Source: Candidatus Kryptoniota bacterium
Lineage (GTDB): Bacteria > Bacteroidota > Ignavibacteria > Kryptoniales > JAKASW01
Reading direction: 5' to 3'
Length of the DNA: 64,000 bases
NCBI GenBank assembly: GCA_046706365.1
Contig: JBJKPN010000080.1
Span: 23,644 to 87,643, forward strand
Part shown: positions 54,530 to 63,924 of the stretch, one piece after another
Layout of the letters: the number at the start of each line of letters is the position of its first letter
Numbering within the stretch: the stretch's first letter is position 1
The notes under the pieces: model-generated
Seen by the model: only the letters and a program-made list of their open reading frames with translations
Told to the model about the DNA's origin: nothing
The model's database searches: none
Position numbers and translations under genes: made by a program

Positions 54530-55618
54530 ATGAAAAAAGTATTCTTGATTCTTTTGCTGATAGTTTCGGCCGCTGATGCAAGCCGCATCAAAGACATCGC
54601 CTACGTCAAAGGTGTGAACGACTACCAGGTTATAGGCTACGGACTTGTCGTGGGTCTAAACGGGTCCGGTGATTCGCAGATGTCGATATTCACACAGCAG
54701 TCGGTCGCCAGCATGCTGAAGAGATTCGGAGTGACGGTAACGCAATCACAGATAAGGATGCGAAACGTGGCGGCCGTGATGGTCGTCGCTTCGATACCGC
54801 CGTTTTCAAGCAATGGTGCATCTGTCGACGTGACGGTTTCTTCGATGGGCGACGCAACAAGCCTTCAGGGCGGTACTCTTCTCCTCACGGATTTGATCGG
54901 GCAGGACGGTAAGACCTACGCGACGGCCCAGGGCCCGTTGTCTGTGGGCGGCTTTGACATCCGCGCGGCGGGCACCGAAATACAGAGAAACTTTACGACC
55001 ACGGGAAGGATTCCGAACGGCGGAATCGTGCAGGCAGCACCCCCCATAGATTTCGTCAGCAACTGGAAACTCTCGATCGTCCTGTTCCAGCAGGATTTCA
55101 TGACGGCGAGTCGCGTAGCGGATGCCATAAACCAAAACGTCGGATCGACCGTTGCGGACGCCATCAACGGCGGCACGATTAACGTGCAGGTACCGCCTGC
55201 TTTCCAGACGAAAGAGAAGCTGGTTCCGTTCATAGCACAAATCGAATCGCTCCAGGTTTCTCCTGATGTCGTTGCGCGAGTTGTCATCAACGAGAGGACG
55301 GGAACGGTGGTTGTCGGCCAGAATGTTACCGTTCTTCCTGTCGCGATATCTCACGGCAACCTGAACATAGAGATACAAGCCTATCCCGTGATATCCCAGC
55401 CAGCTCCCTTTTCGCAGGGACAGACCGTGGTTACTCAGGCGGCTACGGCGCAGGTCAACCAGGAAAGCACGTCCATGGTGGCCATCAATGGAGCTGCAAC
55501 GGTGCAGGGTATAGCCACGGCGTTGAACTCATTGAAAGTCAGACCTCGAGATATCATAGCGATATTCCAGGCACTGAAAGCGGCCGGCGCGTTGAAAGCA
55601 GAATTGGTAATTATGTAA
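54530..55618 (+). CDS. flgI: Flagellar P-ring protein FlgI
   Basis: Signal peptide, then RIKDIAYVKGVNDYQVIGYGLVVGLNGSGD and the C-terminal IIAIFQALKAAGALKAELVIM. The ORF opens with TTG at 54518; the ATG at 54530 is preferred. Confidence 0.94.
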   Translation: MKKVFLILLLIVSAADASRIKDIAYVKGVNDYQVIGYGLVVGLNGSGDSQMSIFTQQSVASMLKRFGVTVTQSQIRMRNVAAVMVVASIPPFSSNGASVDVTVSSMGDATSLQGGTLLLTDLIGQDGKTYATAQGPLSVGGFDIRAAGTEIQRNFTTTGRIPNGGIVQAAPPIDFVSNWKLSIVLFQQDFMTASRVADAINQNVGSTVADAINGGTINVQVPPAFQTKEKLVPFIAQIESLQVSPDVVARVVINERTGTVVVGQNVTVLPVAISHGNLNIEIQAYPVISQPAPFSQGQTVVTQAATAQVNQESTSMVAINGAATVQGIATALNSLKVRPRDIIAIFQALKAAGALKAELVIM

Positions 55619-55637
55619 GGCTCATCCGGCACTCTAA

Positions 55638-56465
55638 ATGAACAAGATCAACGAAAATACTTCGCCGATACAACCTCAGCTGACCGACCAGCAGAAGGCC
55701 AAGCTGAAAGCCGCCGTGAAAGGCTTCGAAGCTATTTTCATGCAGTACATGCTGAAGTCGATGCAGCAGACCGAAAACATCGACGGCGAGGACCAGTCCG
55801 GGCAGGGATTCGGAAAGAATATAATGACGGGCTTGTTCAACATGAAGCTGGCCGAGTACATGACCAAGAATACGGATCTCGGCATCGGAAACATGCTTTA
55901 CAAGGAGTTCACGGGCGAGAATATGGACTCCCAGACTCCGCCGGACCCGACCTCGGAAATCAACACACTGATGCAGAATCTACCCTCTTCACCGGCGGAA
56001 CAGCGGGCATTGCAGAAGATTAAGGCTTACAGCTCAGGCTCCGTATTGGAGAATGTGGGGAAATACTCCGATATAATAAATGAAGCGGCAGGCACTTACA
56101 ATTTGCAGCCAAACCTTATAAAAGCAGTGATTGCGGCAGAATCGGCGGGAAAAGTCGATTCGGTATCCGCGAAGAACGCGAAAGGGTTGATGCAACTCGT
56201 TGATTCGACGGCAAAAGAAATGGGCGTCGCAAACTCGTTTAACCCGAAGGAAAACATCATGGGCGGTGCGAAGTATCTGAAGAGTTTACTTGATGAATTC
56301 TCCGGTAATCTTCCTCTGGCTTTGGCCTCGTACAACGCGGGTCCGGGAGCCGTGCAGCAGTATGGCGGCGTCCCACCCTTCGGTGAAACTCAGAATTACA
56401 TAAAGAGAGTGATGAACTATCTGAACATGTTCGATGGGAATGAGGTGAGTGATGACGGACGATGA
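55638..56465 (+). CDS. flgJ: FlgJ-like rod-binding domain fused to a lytic transglycosylase (SLT/GH23) domain
   Basis: Rod-binding block AVKGFEAIFMQYMLKSMQ...DLGIGNMLYKEF. SLT blocks AVIAAESAGK, GLMQLV, ASYNAGPGAV. Confidence 0.85.
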   Translation: MNKINENTSPIQPQLTDQQKAKLKAAVKGFEAIFMQYMLKSMQQTENIDGEDQSGQGFGKNIMTGLFNMKLAEYMTKNTDLGIGNMLYKEFTGENMDSQTPPDPTSEINTLMQNLPSSPAEQRALQKIKAYSSGSVLENVGKYSDIINEAAGTYNLQPNLIKAVIAAESAGKVDSVSAKNAKGLMQLVDSTAKEMGVANSFNPKENIMGGAKYLKSLLDEFSGNLPLALASYNAGPGAVQQYGGVPPFGETQNYIKRVMNYLNMFDGNEVSDDGR

Positions 56466-56895
56466 TAAAAGACATTTGATGGAGATTACTGCAGCCGAAT
56501 CGTCGGAATTCGGAAGAATGGCGACGGTACTCAGCAGGAAACATGCCGCTATAGCGAGACTCGACACCGACGCTATTCAGAACATCGTAGGCGAGGAACT
56601 TGAAGTCCTGAACAGGGTTCGCACCGCCGAGAAGGAGCGCGGTCAGCTCCTCAAGAAAGCCGGACTCAAAGGAAAAGACCTTAACGACGAGACTCTGCTG
56701 GAGAAAGAATTGGGTCGAGCCGATTTGGCCGTTTACCGCGGGATCCATCTCGATTTTCAGAAGGCATTTGCCAAAGTCCTGCAGCTGAACAACATGAGCC
56801 GTGTTCTTCTACTTCACTCACTCGGTTTCATAAGACAGAATATTCGCATCCTGACGGACGACGGCAGAAGAAAGCTGATCGACAAGAAGGCCTAG
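56449..56895 (+). CDS. flgN: FlgN-like export chaperone (putative)
   Basis: All-helical 148 aa located directly upstream of flgK/flgL. FlgN-like spacing of Leu/Glu heptads. The call rests mainly on position. Confidence 0.5.
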   Translation: MMTDDDKRHLMEITAAESSEFGRMATVLSRKHAAIARLDTDAIQNIVGEELEVLNRVRTAEKERGQLLKKAGLKGKDLNDETLLEKELGRADLAVYRGIHLDFQKAFAKVLQLNNMSRVLLLHSLGFIRQNIRILTDDGRRKLIDKKA

Positions 56896-56901
56896 CAGTC
56901 A

Positions 56902-58284
56902 ATGAGCGGAATAACAAGCATATTGAACATAGCAAGCGGCGCTCTGATGACGAGCCAGACAGAGCTCGACACCACTGCCCACAACATAGCCAATGCCAAT
57001 ACGGATGGCTACACGAGGCAGGAAGTCAACACGGCGGCGGCGGCTCCCATTCCGATGAGCTACGGCTACCTCGGGGCGGGTGTAAACATCACGGGGATTC
57101 AGGGAGTTCGGAACGCTTTCGTCAATGAGCAGGTCACGAATATGAACTCCGATCTCAGCCAGGCGAACATAGGTCAGCAGGTGAATTCAACTATCGAGGG
57201 AATATTCAACGAGACGTCCAACTCTTCCAGCGGACTTGTCGCACAGTTGAACGCACTATTCAGCTCATTCCAGACTCTTTCTCAAAACCCCGAGGATACG
57301 GGACTCCGCCAGACGGTTCTTCAGGCAGGCCAGAACGTAGCGACCACTTTCAATTCCATAAACAACCAGCTGCAGGACGCGAAGTATCAGGTCGGCCAGC
57401 AAATAGGTGCAGACGTTACAAAGATCAACCAACTGGCATCGACAATCGCGGGAATAAACAAGCAGCTGTTGGCCAACGCAGGAACTACCAGGAACTCTTC
57501 CGATCTGCAGGACCAGTTGAACAATGCGGTTACGCAATTGAGCAACCTCGTGAATGTAAAGGTGGTCACGGATGCGAACGGCGTGACGAACGTAACCGCG
57601 GGAGGCGCAGTAATAGTCGCGGCAGGTAACGCGTTTACTTTCAAGATGACACAGACCGCCACGGGGATAACTATAGGAAGGTCGGACTCCTCGATTCCCG
57701 CGACTGTCTCCTCGGGTGAAATAGCCGGGCTGATAAATGCCTACGACACGGCGATACCATCGTTCTCGAGTCAGCTCGATACAATAGCGAGCACACTCGT
57801 CAAGACAGTCAACTCATTCAACTCGACGGGCTACACTCTGGCGTCGGGCGGAAACCCTGCGCAGACCGGAAAGACGTTCTTCCAGGGCACTACTGCCGGA
57901 AGCATAACTGTCTCTCCCGACATAATGTCTAACCTTAACAATATCGCGGCTTCCTCGAACGGAGATCCGGGAAACGGTGACAATGCGGCGGCGATGGCAA
58001 ACGTCCTGACGGCGCCCGTGATGTCGAACGGTCAATCCATAATGAATGCGTACGAGGCGCTGGTCAACCAGGTCGGGACCGCCTCGCAGAATGCTACCAA
58101 CAGCGTTCAGACCCTTCAGATGCAGCAGAACCAATTGACGGCCTTTCAGACTTCGATATCGGGCGTCTCCCTCGATCAGGAGTTGACGAATATGATCCAG
58201 TTCCAGCATTCGTTCGAAGCGGCGGCAAAGGTTGTGACAACAGCCGACTCAATGTATCAGACAATAATCGGAATGGTGTCATAA
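56902..58284 (+). CDS. flgK: Hook-associated protein 1 FlgK
   Basis: ILNIASGALMTSQTELDTTAHNIANANTDGYTRQ at the N-terminus and SGVSLDQELTNMIQFQHSFEAAAKVV at the C-terminus. Confidence 0.94.
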   Translation: MSGITSILNIASGALMTSQTELDTTAHNIANANTDGYTRQEVNTAAAAPIPMSYGYLGAGVNITGIQGVRNAFVNEQVTNMNSDLSQANIGQQVNSTIEGIFNETSNSSSGLVAQLNALFSSFQTLSQNPEDTGLRQTVLQAGQNVATTFNSINNQLQDAKYQVGQQIGADVTKINQLASTIAGINKQLLANAGTTRNSSDLQDQLNNAVTQLSNLVNVKVVTDANGVTNVTAGGAVIVAAGNAFTFKMTQTATGITIGRSDSSIPATVSSGEIAGLINAYDTAIPSFSSQLDTIASTLVKTVNSFNSTGYTLASGGNPAQTGKTFFQGTTAGSITVSPDIMSNLNNIAASSNGDPGNGDNAAAMANVLTAPVMSNGQSIMNAYEALVNQVGTASQNATNSVQTLQMQQNQLTAFQTSISGVSLDQELTNMIQFQHSFEAAAKVVTTADSMYQTIIGMVS

Positions 58285-58285
58285 A

Positions 58286-59173
58286 ATGAGGATCAATGAA
58301 CAGCAAGTCATAAACGACATGCTCTACTCGATAGGGCAGGACCGGCAATCTATCGACCAGCTGCAGGAGCAAATCTCGACGGGTAAGCTCGTGAATACGC
58401 CTTCCGACAATCCGACCTTGAACCAGCGGCTCATGCTTCTGCAGGAGCAGGTAAACCAGAACAATGTCTACACCCAGAATGCCCAGTACGCGTCGGGCTT
58501 CCTGACTCAGCAAAGCGCCACACTCGGAAATGCTGTAAACATTCTGACGAGCGTCAAGACGATGATGCTTGCGGCGGCAAACGATACGAACCCGCAGGAT
58601 CAGGGCAATTATGCGACGCAGCTCGGTCAGTACGTAAATCAGCTCCTCGACCTGTCCAATACCAAATACGGAAGCAAGTATATTTTTGGCGGTACGCAGA
58701 CCACAAGCCAGCCGTTCTTCATGAATGCCAGCCAGACGGCAGTTTCGGCAAATCCGTCGGGAGTAGATGGGACCCTGCAGCTTAACGTAAGCTCCCAGAT
58801 GACTCTTCAGTACAACATAACGGGTTCGGAGGCATTCGGCAGCGGCCAGATCTTCAACGACCTTATTTCAATCGAGAACCAGATGGCCGCCGGCAATGCA
58901 CCTACTCAGGCGGATATCACGACGGTGAATAATTACCTGAATTCGATGGTGAATACAAACGCGAAGGCCGGCGCGATGATGAACAGGTTTCAACTGATAC
59001 AAAATCAGCTCTCTTCCGAAAACCAGACTCTTCAGACGACAATATCCAATCTTGGCGATACTGACGTTGCCGCAGCGGTAATCAAGCTTCAGCAGCAGCA
59101 GACGACATTGAGCGCCGCGCTGCAGTCCGGCGCAGGAGTAATCCAACTTACGCTTTCTAACTTCCTCCCATAG
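58286..59173 (+). CDS. flgL: Hook-associated protein 3 FlgL
   Basis: Flagellin-N-like QEQISTGKLVNTPSDNPT, then NTKYGSKYIFGG, and a flagellin-C-like end (DTDVAAAVIKLQQQQTTLSAALQS). Confidence 0.9.
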   Translation: MRINEQQVINDMLYSIGQDRQSIDQLQEQISTGKLVNTPSDNPTLNQRLMLLQEQVNQNNVYTQNAQYASGFLTQQSATLGNAVNILTSVKTMMLAAANDTNPQDQGNYATQLGQYVNQLLDLSNTKYGSKYIFGGTQTTSQPFFMNASQTAVSANPSGVDGTLQLNVSSQMTLQYNITGSEAFGSGQIFNDLISIENQMAAGNAPTQADITTVNNYLNSMVNTNAKAGAMMNRFQLIQNQLSSENQTLQTTISNLGDTDVAAAVIKLQQQQTTLSAALQSGAGVIQLTLSNFLP

Positions 59174-59176
59174 GGC

Positions 59177-59953
59177 ATGAAGAAGACCATAGAAATAGGA
59201 ACAGTCGCCGGCCTTGCATTCGGCATTATTGCGATTTTCGGCTCCTTCCTTATGGAGGGAGGCAAGATTGGTGCACTAATAATGATACCGGCAATGACGA
59301 TCGTCTTCGGCGGCACGTTCGCAACCGCTATGATAGGAACCTCCTTCAGTCAATTCAGCCGGATATGGAAGTTTGCGATAATCGCCTTTATGCCGCCCAA
59401 GCATGATGTCGACAAGTTGATCGAGTCTATCGTTCATTACGCTACCGTGGCAAGGAAGGAAGGGCTCCTTTCCCTGGAAAAAGAGTTGAACGAAGTCCAG
59501 CATACGTTCCTGAAGAAAATGCTCCGGTTCGCAATCGACGGAACCGATCCGCAAACGATGCGGGCAGTCGCCGACGCAGAAATGGGATTTCTGAACGAGA
59601 GGCACGTTTCCAATGCGCAGATTTTCGCGAAGATGGGAGGCTACGCACCGACGATGGGCATCATAGGAACCGTCATGGGCCTGATAGTGACCCTTGCCAA
59701 CGCCGGCGGGAACCCGAATGACCTGATCCATCATATCGCCAGCGCGTTCATTGCGACCCTCTGGGGGATCTTCACTGCCAACATAATCTGGCTTCCGATC
59801 GCCGACAAGCTGAAGACTATCCATGGAGAGGAAAACCTCGTGATGGAAGTAACCCTCGAAGGTGTTCTTGCCGTACAGGCGGGGGAGATTCCCGCAATCG
59901 TAAAGGCAAAACTCATGGCCATGCTGCCCAGCAGCAAACAGGGTGAGGTGTAA
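59177..59953 (+). CDS. motA: Flagellar stator protein MotA
   Basis: Four TM with the MotA/TolQ/ExbB channel block (GGYAPTMGIIGTVMGLI...ASAFIATLWGIFTANIIWLPIADKL). Confidence 0.94.
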   Translation: MKKTIEIGTVAGLAFGIIAIFGSFLMEGGKIGALIMIPAMTIVFGGTFATAMIGTSFSQFSRIWKFAIIAFMPPKHDVDKLIESIVHYATVARKEGLLSLEKELNEVQHTFLKKMLRFAIDGTDPQTMRAVADAEMGFLNERHVSNAQIFAKMGGYAPTMGIIGTVMGLIVTLANAGGNPNDLIHHIASAFIATLWGIFTANIIWLPIADKLKTIHGEENLVMEVTLEGVLAVQAGEIPAIVKAKLMAMLPSSKQGEV

Positions 59954-60654
59954 TGAAGAAGAAGGGCGCAGGAGAGCACGATAATCTTGAGAGGTGGCTT
60001 CTAACCTATTCGGATCTTATTACCCTCCTCCTCGGCCTCTTCGTGATACTCTACGCGAGCTCTCAGGTCGACATGAAGAAATACCAGAAATACGTATCGG
60101 CTTTTGCGAGCGTGTTCGGTGGTGGAGGAGAGTCCGGTAGCATGCCGGGCCAGAACGGAGTTCTCTCGAGCCCGATGCCCCAGTCGTCCATTGCAGGACC
60201 TCGAGAGCTCGATAGAAGAGTTAAATCTGCCGTCAGCTCCGTGCTTAAAAAAGGCGATGCCATGTTGACTGAGGACGAGAGAGGGATTACCGTCCACCTG
60301 CTGGAGAAGCTGATGTTCGACCAGGGGAAGGCCGAATTGAAACCGGAAGCGTATCCGGCTCTTGATACGCTCGGCTTTCTTCTGCAGTCCATCCCGAACC
60401 AGATTCGAATCGAGGGACATACCGATAATACGCCCATACATACCGCTCAGTACCCCTCGAACTGGCAGTTGTCTGTCGCCCGCGCAATGACGGTAGGTTA
60501 TTATCTTTTGACTCATTATCAAATCAGGCCGGAAAAGGTGGCCATCGTCGGATACGGCGAGTACCACCCTCTTGTACCCAACGATACGCCGGCCCATAAA
60601 GCAGAAAACAGGAGAGTGGACATTGTCATACTCAACCGCACCACGGAGAACTGA
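59953..60654 (+). CDS. motB: Flagellar stator protein MotB
   Basis: Plug/TM with the conserved Asp (WLLTYSDLITLLLGLFVILY). OmpA-like C-domain (IRIEGHTDNTP, NWQLSVARA, NRRVDIVIL). Confidence 0.94.
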   Translation: MKKKGAGEHDNLERWLLTYSDLITLLLGLFVILYASSQVDMKKYQKYVSAFASVFGGGGESGSMPGQNGVLSSPMPQSSIAGPRELDRRVKSAVSSVLKKGDAMLTEDERGITVHLLEKLMFDQGKAELKPEAYPALDTLGFLLQSIPNQIRIEGHTDNTPIHTAQYPSNWQLSVARAMTVGYYLLTHYQIRPEKVAIVGYGEYHPLVPNDTPAHKAENRRVDIVILNRTTEN

Positions 60655-60673
60655 AGAGGAGACGACTGTAAAG

Positions 60674-61069
60674 ATGAAGCTCACGACGAGGCATTTTGGC
60701 GAATTGGAGTTTGATGAGAGTATCGTATATCACTTTCCAAACGGTTTGTTTGGTTTTGAAGAGCTCCATGATTTCATTATAATAGACGACAAGGACACGG
60801 AACCGCTCAGATGGCTGCTGTCGGTGGAGAATCCGAATGTCGGGTTTGCGGTCGTGGATGCGAAAGTCCTGGCGCCTGAGCTTTACAGCGAACTCGAAGC
60901 GCAGGAGCGGAATTCCTCGTCGATGTTCGTCGTCCTTGTCCTTCGACAGGACCCTGAGCCGGTGACGGCGAACCTGAAAGCACCAATAGTTATGAACAAC
61001 AGCAACAGGTCAGGTAAACAGCTCGTGCTGAATTCAGATAAATATTCGACAGACTACAAAATCAATTAA
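60674..61069 (+). CDS. fliW: Flagellar assembly factor FliW (CsrA antagonist)
   Basis: MKLTTRHFGELEFDESIVYHFPNGLFGFEELHDFIII...ANLKAPIVMN matches the FliW pattern. GAGGAG RBS. The ORF-track start at 60572 lies inside motB. Confidence 0.92.
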   Translation: MKLTTRHFGELEFDESIVYHFPNGLFGFEELHDFIIIDDKDTEPLRWLLSVENPNVGFAVVDAKVLAPELYSELEAQERNSSSMFVVLVLRQDPEPVTANLKAPIVMNNSNRSGKQLVLNSDKYSTDYKIN

Positions 61070-61084
61070 CCATGGAAGGGTATC

Positions 61085-61321
61085 ATGTTAGTCTTGACAA
61101 GGAAGTTGGGCGAGGTAATCAAAATCGGCGACAAGATAAAGGTCGTCGTCATATCCGTTGAGGGTGGTAGCGTAAAGCTGGGGGTCGAAGCCCCCGAAGA
61201 AATACCTGTTCATCGTGAAGAGATTTATGAGAAGATAGCAGCGGAGAACAAAGCCGCTTCGGCTCAGCTTGACAAGGAAAAGGCGAAAGCCTTGAAAGAC
61301 GTTTTGAAGAAGAATGGCTGA
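61085..61321 (+). CDS. csrA: Carbon storage/translational regulator CsrA
   Basis: [51 protein letters not shown]. Confidence 0.96.
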   Translation: MLVLTRKLGEVIKIGDKIKVVVISVEGGSVKLGVEAPEEIPVHREEIYEKIAAENKAASAQLDKEKAKALKDVLKKNG

Positions 61322-62030
61322 GCAGCATTCGAAGGGCGTCCTAATTATTGATGATGCGAAACTGGTGCAACGTTTCGCCGAAGCCTTCTTCTCCAGGCTG
61401 AAATTCGAAGTCCGTGTTGCCTCCGACGGTTACGAAGGGCTGAAACTCGCCCTCTCCCAGAAACCTGACCTGATCCTGATTGATATTATGATGCCCCGCC
61501 TCGACGGGCTGAAGGCGATGCAGGTCATAAAATCAAACAACGCGATCAGGGATGTCCCGATTGTCGTAATGACGGCGTACTCGGACAGGATCAACGTCGT
61601 ATCTGCCGCGAAACTCGGTGCAGCCGCCGTCATAACCAAACCGCTCACCGAAGAAGTCCTGCTGGCCAAGCTGAAGACGGTGTTCGGCGAGAAGTTCGTC
61701 CAGTCGATGATTCCAACAGATCCGAAGGATAAGGAAAATCCGTTCGGAGTGAACGAGGAGGAGTTCAGCGACGCCGTAAGCGCCATGGTGGAGGAGTTCC
61801 TCAAGTTCTATGACGAACAAGTCAGCCAGCTTGAATCTGCGGTTCGCGGCCACAACGTTGAATTGATCAGGAAGATTACTCACAACATCAGGGGAACGAG
61901 CGGGTCATTCGGGTATAACGAGGCAACCAGACTGGCCACCGAGCTCAACGAGGTTGTCCATGCTTCGTCGATCGACTGGGATGAGGCCGAAGTCCTGCTC
62001 GTGCAGCTGAAAAACAGGCTTACAAAATGA
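61314..62030 (+). CDS. REC-Hpt fusion protein (phosphorelay component)
   Basis: REC ([26 protein letters not shown]) followed by an Hpt four-helix segment with H-box [14 protein letters not shown]. Its start overlaps the csrA stop by 8 nt. Confidence 0.85.
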   Translation: MAEQHSKGVLIIDDAKLVQRFAEAFFSRLKFEVRVASDGYEGLKLALSQKPDLILIDIMMPRLDGLKAMQVIKSNNAIRDVPIVVMTAYSDRINVVSAAKLGAAAVITKPLTEEVLLAKLKTVFGEKFVQSMIPTDPKDKENPFGVNEEEFSDAVSAMVEEFLKFYDEQVSQLESAVRGHNVELIRKITHNIRGTSGSFGYNEATRLATELNEVVHASSIDWDEAEVLLVQLKNRLTK

Positions 62031-62410
62031 AAGTCCTCGTCGCGGACGATATCCCGATGATAAGAAAGCTGGTGGAATACCACCTGAAACAGATCGGTTT
62101 CGATATCTCCAACGCGGCAGACGGCGAGGAAGCGCTGACGCTGGCCACCAATTTCAAATACGATCTCATCCTGCTCGATATTATGATGCCCGAGATGGAC
62201 GGGCTGGAAGTCCTTCAAAGACTCCGCGCCGAGTCAGTCAACAAGGCTACCCCCATCATCATGATGACCGCTTACGGAGATTCTGCCAGCGTAAAGAAGG
62301 CGGTCGACCTCGGGGCAAATGACTTTATTGTCAAGCCTGTCGAGCAGGTGTCTTTTCGCAAGAAAGTCATGGACGCCTTGCGCTCCCAGTCGACCGGGGG
62401 CGCCAATTGA
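62027..62410 (+). CDS. Single-domain response regulator (CheY-like)
   Basis: VLVADDIPMIRKL, LILLDIMMPEMDG, MMTAYG, IVKPV. ATGA overlap with the upstream gene. Confidence 0.88.
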   Translation: MKVLVADDIPMIRKLVEYHLKQIGFDISNAADGEEALTLATNFKYDLILLDIMMPEMDGLEVLQRLRAESVNKATPIIMMTAYGDSASVKKAVDLGANDFIVKPVEQVSFRKKVMDALRSQSTGGAN

Positions 62411-63924
62411 AACTCTCTCTCTCGATGATTGTGAAAAACGAGGAGCGCTTCCTGCCGGGTTGCCTCGAAAGCGTAAAATCCCTCGTCGATGAAATGGTCA
62501 TAGTGGATACCGGTTCAACAGACGGTACGAAGGATATAGCCCGCTCTTTCGGTGCCCAGGTCTACGATTTCGAGTGGTGTGACGATTTCTCGGCGGCACG
62601 CAACGAATCGCTTGCCCATTCGACTGGCGACTGGATCCTCTACCTGGATGCCGACGAGAGAATAGATAAATCATATCACGAACAGATTAGAAAATTCATT
62701 TCAAGCGGGAAGGCGGAAGCGTTCCTTCTTAACCTGAGGAGCAAAATCGGAACAAGGGAAGGCGCTCAGTACCATCTTGTTTCCTATCCGAGGCTGTTCA
62801 GGAAGCTCAAAGGCGTCTCGTTCACGGGAGAGGTCCACGAGCAGGTGACGGGTTCGCTTGTCACACTTGGCGCCAGGATCGTACGGACCGACGTCACAAT
62901 AGATCATCTTGGCTACGCGCAGGATGACGAAGTAATACTCCGGAAAGCCAAACGAAACCGGCAACTCCTCCTTTCACAGCTACAGAAAGGTAAGAACCGC
63001 GGCTATGCCCTTTACCAGCTCGGCCAGACGGAAATTATCCTGGGCGAAGTTGAACAGGGGATGACGCATTTAAACGAAGCTCTGAAAGCGGGAGGATACG
63101 GTAAATCGGTGGAGGCATCAATCTATGGCGTCATTGCTGAGAACAAATTCAAGGCGGGCGAGTATGACGATGCGTTGACTGCATGCAGCAAGTCGCTTGA
63201 AGCCGCTCCTCAGCAGACATTTGCACATCTTATGAGCGGCGAGATTTATCTCAAACTTGCGGAATATCGCGAAGCAGTTGATGCATTCCAGAAGGCGGTT
63301 GAAAGGTACACTTCCGTAGTCCTTAAAGGCAAAGCTGCAGTCGCAGTCGAGCCCGTGTTCGATGCGGACATAGTTTACGTCAAGCTCGGAAAAGCAGCTT
63401 CGCTTGCCGGGGAAGTCGCTACCGCCCGAAAGTATTTGAAGTTGGCGGCGGATGCGAAACGTGTGCCCGGGAGAATAGCGGAGTATCTCGAATTCCTGGT
63501 AAGGAACGGCTTGCAGAATGATGCGCTCGAAGCTGCCGGGCATTTTCGCGAATTTGAAAACGAAGGGTGGTACCTCAGGATCGTCTCTTCCGCTCTCATA
63601 GATGTCGGGAATTTTAGCGAGGCGATAAGGCTGCTTGAAAAAATCTCGGATCACGATAAGGTGAGTTTATCCAGTCTTGCAAAATGCAGAATGAAAATGA
63701 ACGATCTCGAAGGTTCGGATTCCGCATTTCGCGAGGCCATGGAAATGGGGTATGATGAGCCGGACGGAATCGAGCTTCACGGACTCGTCCAGTTCAAATT
63801 GGGCAGGTTCTACGAGGCGGCAGCGACGCTTGCAAGGGTTGCCGAGATCAATCCTGCAAACGAACGGGCTGCCAAGTTCGCACGAGCCGCACTGGCTCAG
63901 GTTGCTGCTGCCGGCGCCAAATAA
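62407..63924 (+). CDS. Family-2 glycosyltransferase fused to C-terminal TPR repeats
   Basis: GT2 core LSLSMIVKNEERFLPGCLESV...VIVDTGSTDGT...FSAARNESL...LYLDADE. The C-terminal roughly 300 aa contain TPR-like A/Y/L helices. TTG start overlapping the upstream stop. Confidence 0.85.
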   Translation: MKLSLSMIVKNEERFLPGCLESVKSLVDEMVIVDTGSTDGTKDIARSFGAQVYDFEWCDDFSAARNESLAHSTGDWILYLDADERIDKSYHEQIRKFISSGKAEAFLLNLRSKIGTREGAQYHLVSYPRLFRKLKGVSFTGEVHEQVTGSLVTLGARIVRTDVTIDHLGYAQDDEVILRKAKRNRQLLLSQLQKGKNRGYALYQLGQTEIILGEVEQGMTHLNEALKAGGYGKSVEASIYGVIAENKFKAGEYDDALTACSKSLEAAPQQTFAHLMSGEIYLKLAEYREAVDAFQKAVERYTSVVLKGKAAVAVEPVFDADIVYVKLGKAASLAGEVATARKYLKLAADAKRVPGRIAEYLEFLVRNGLQNDALEAAGHFREFENEGWYLRIVSSALIDVGNFSEAIRLLEKISDHDKVSLSSLAKCRMKMNDLEGSDSAFREAMEMGYDEPDGIELHGLVQFKLGRFYEAAATLARVAEINPANERAAKFARAALAQVAAAGAK

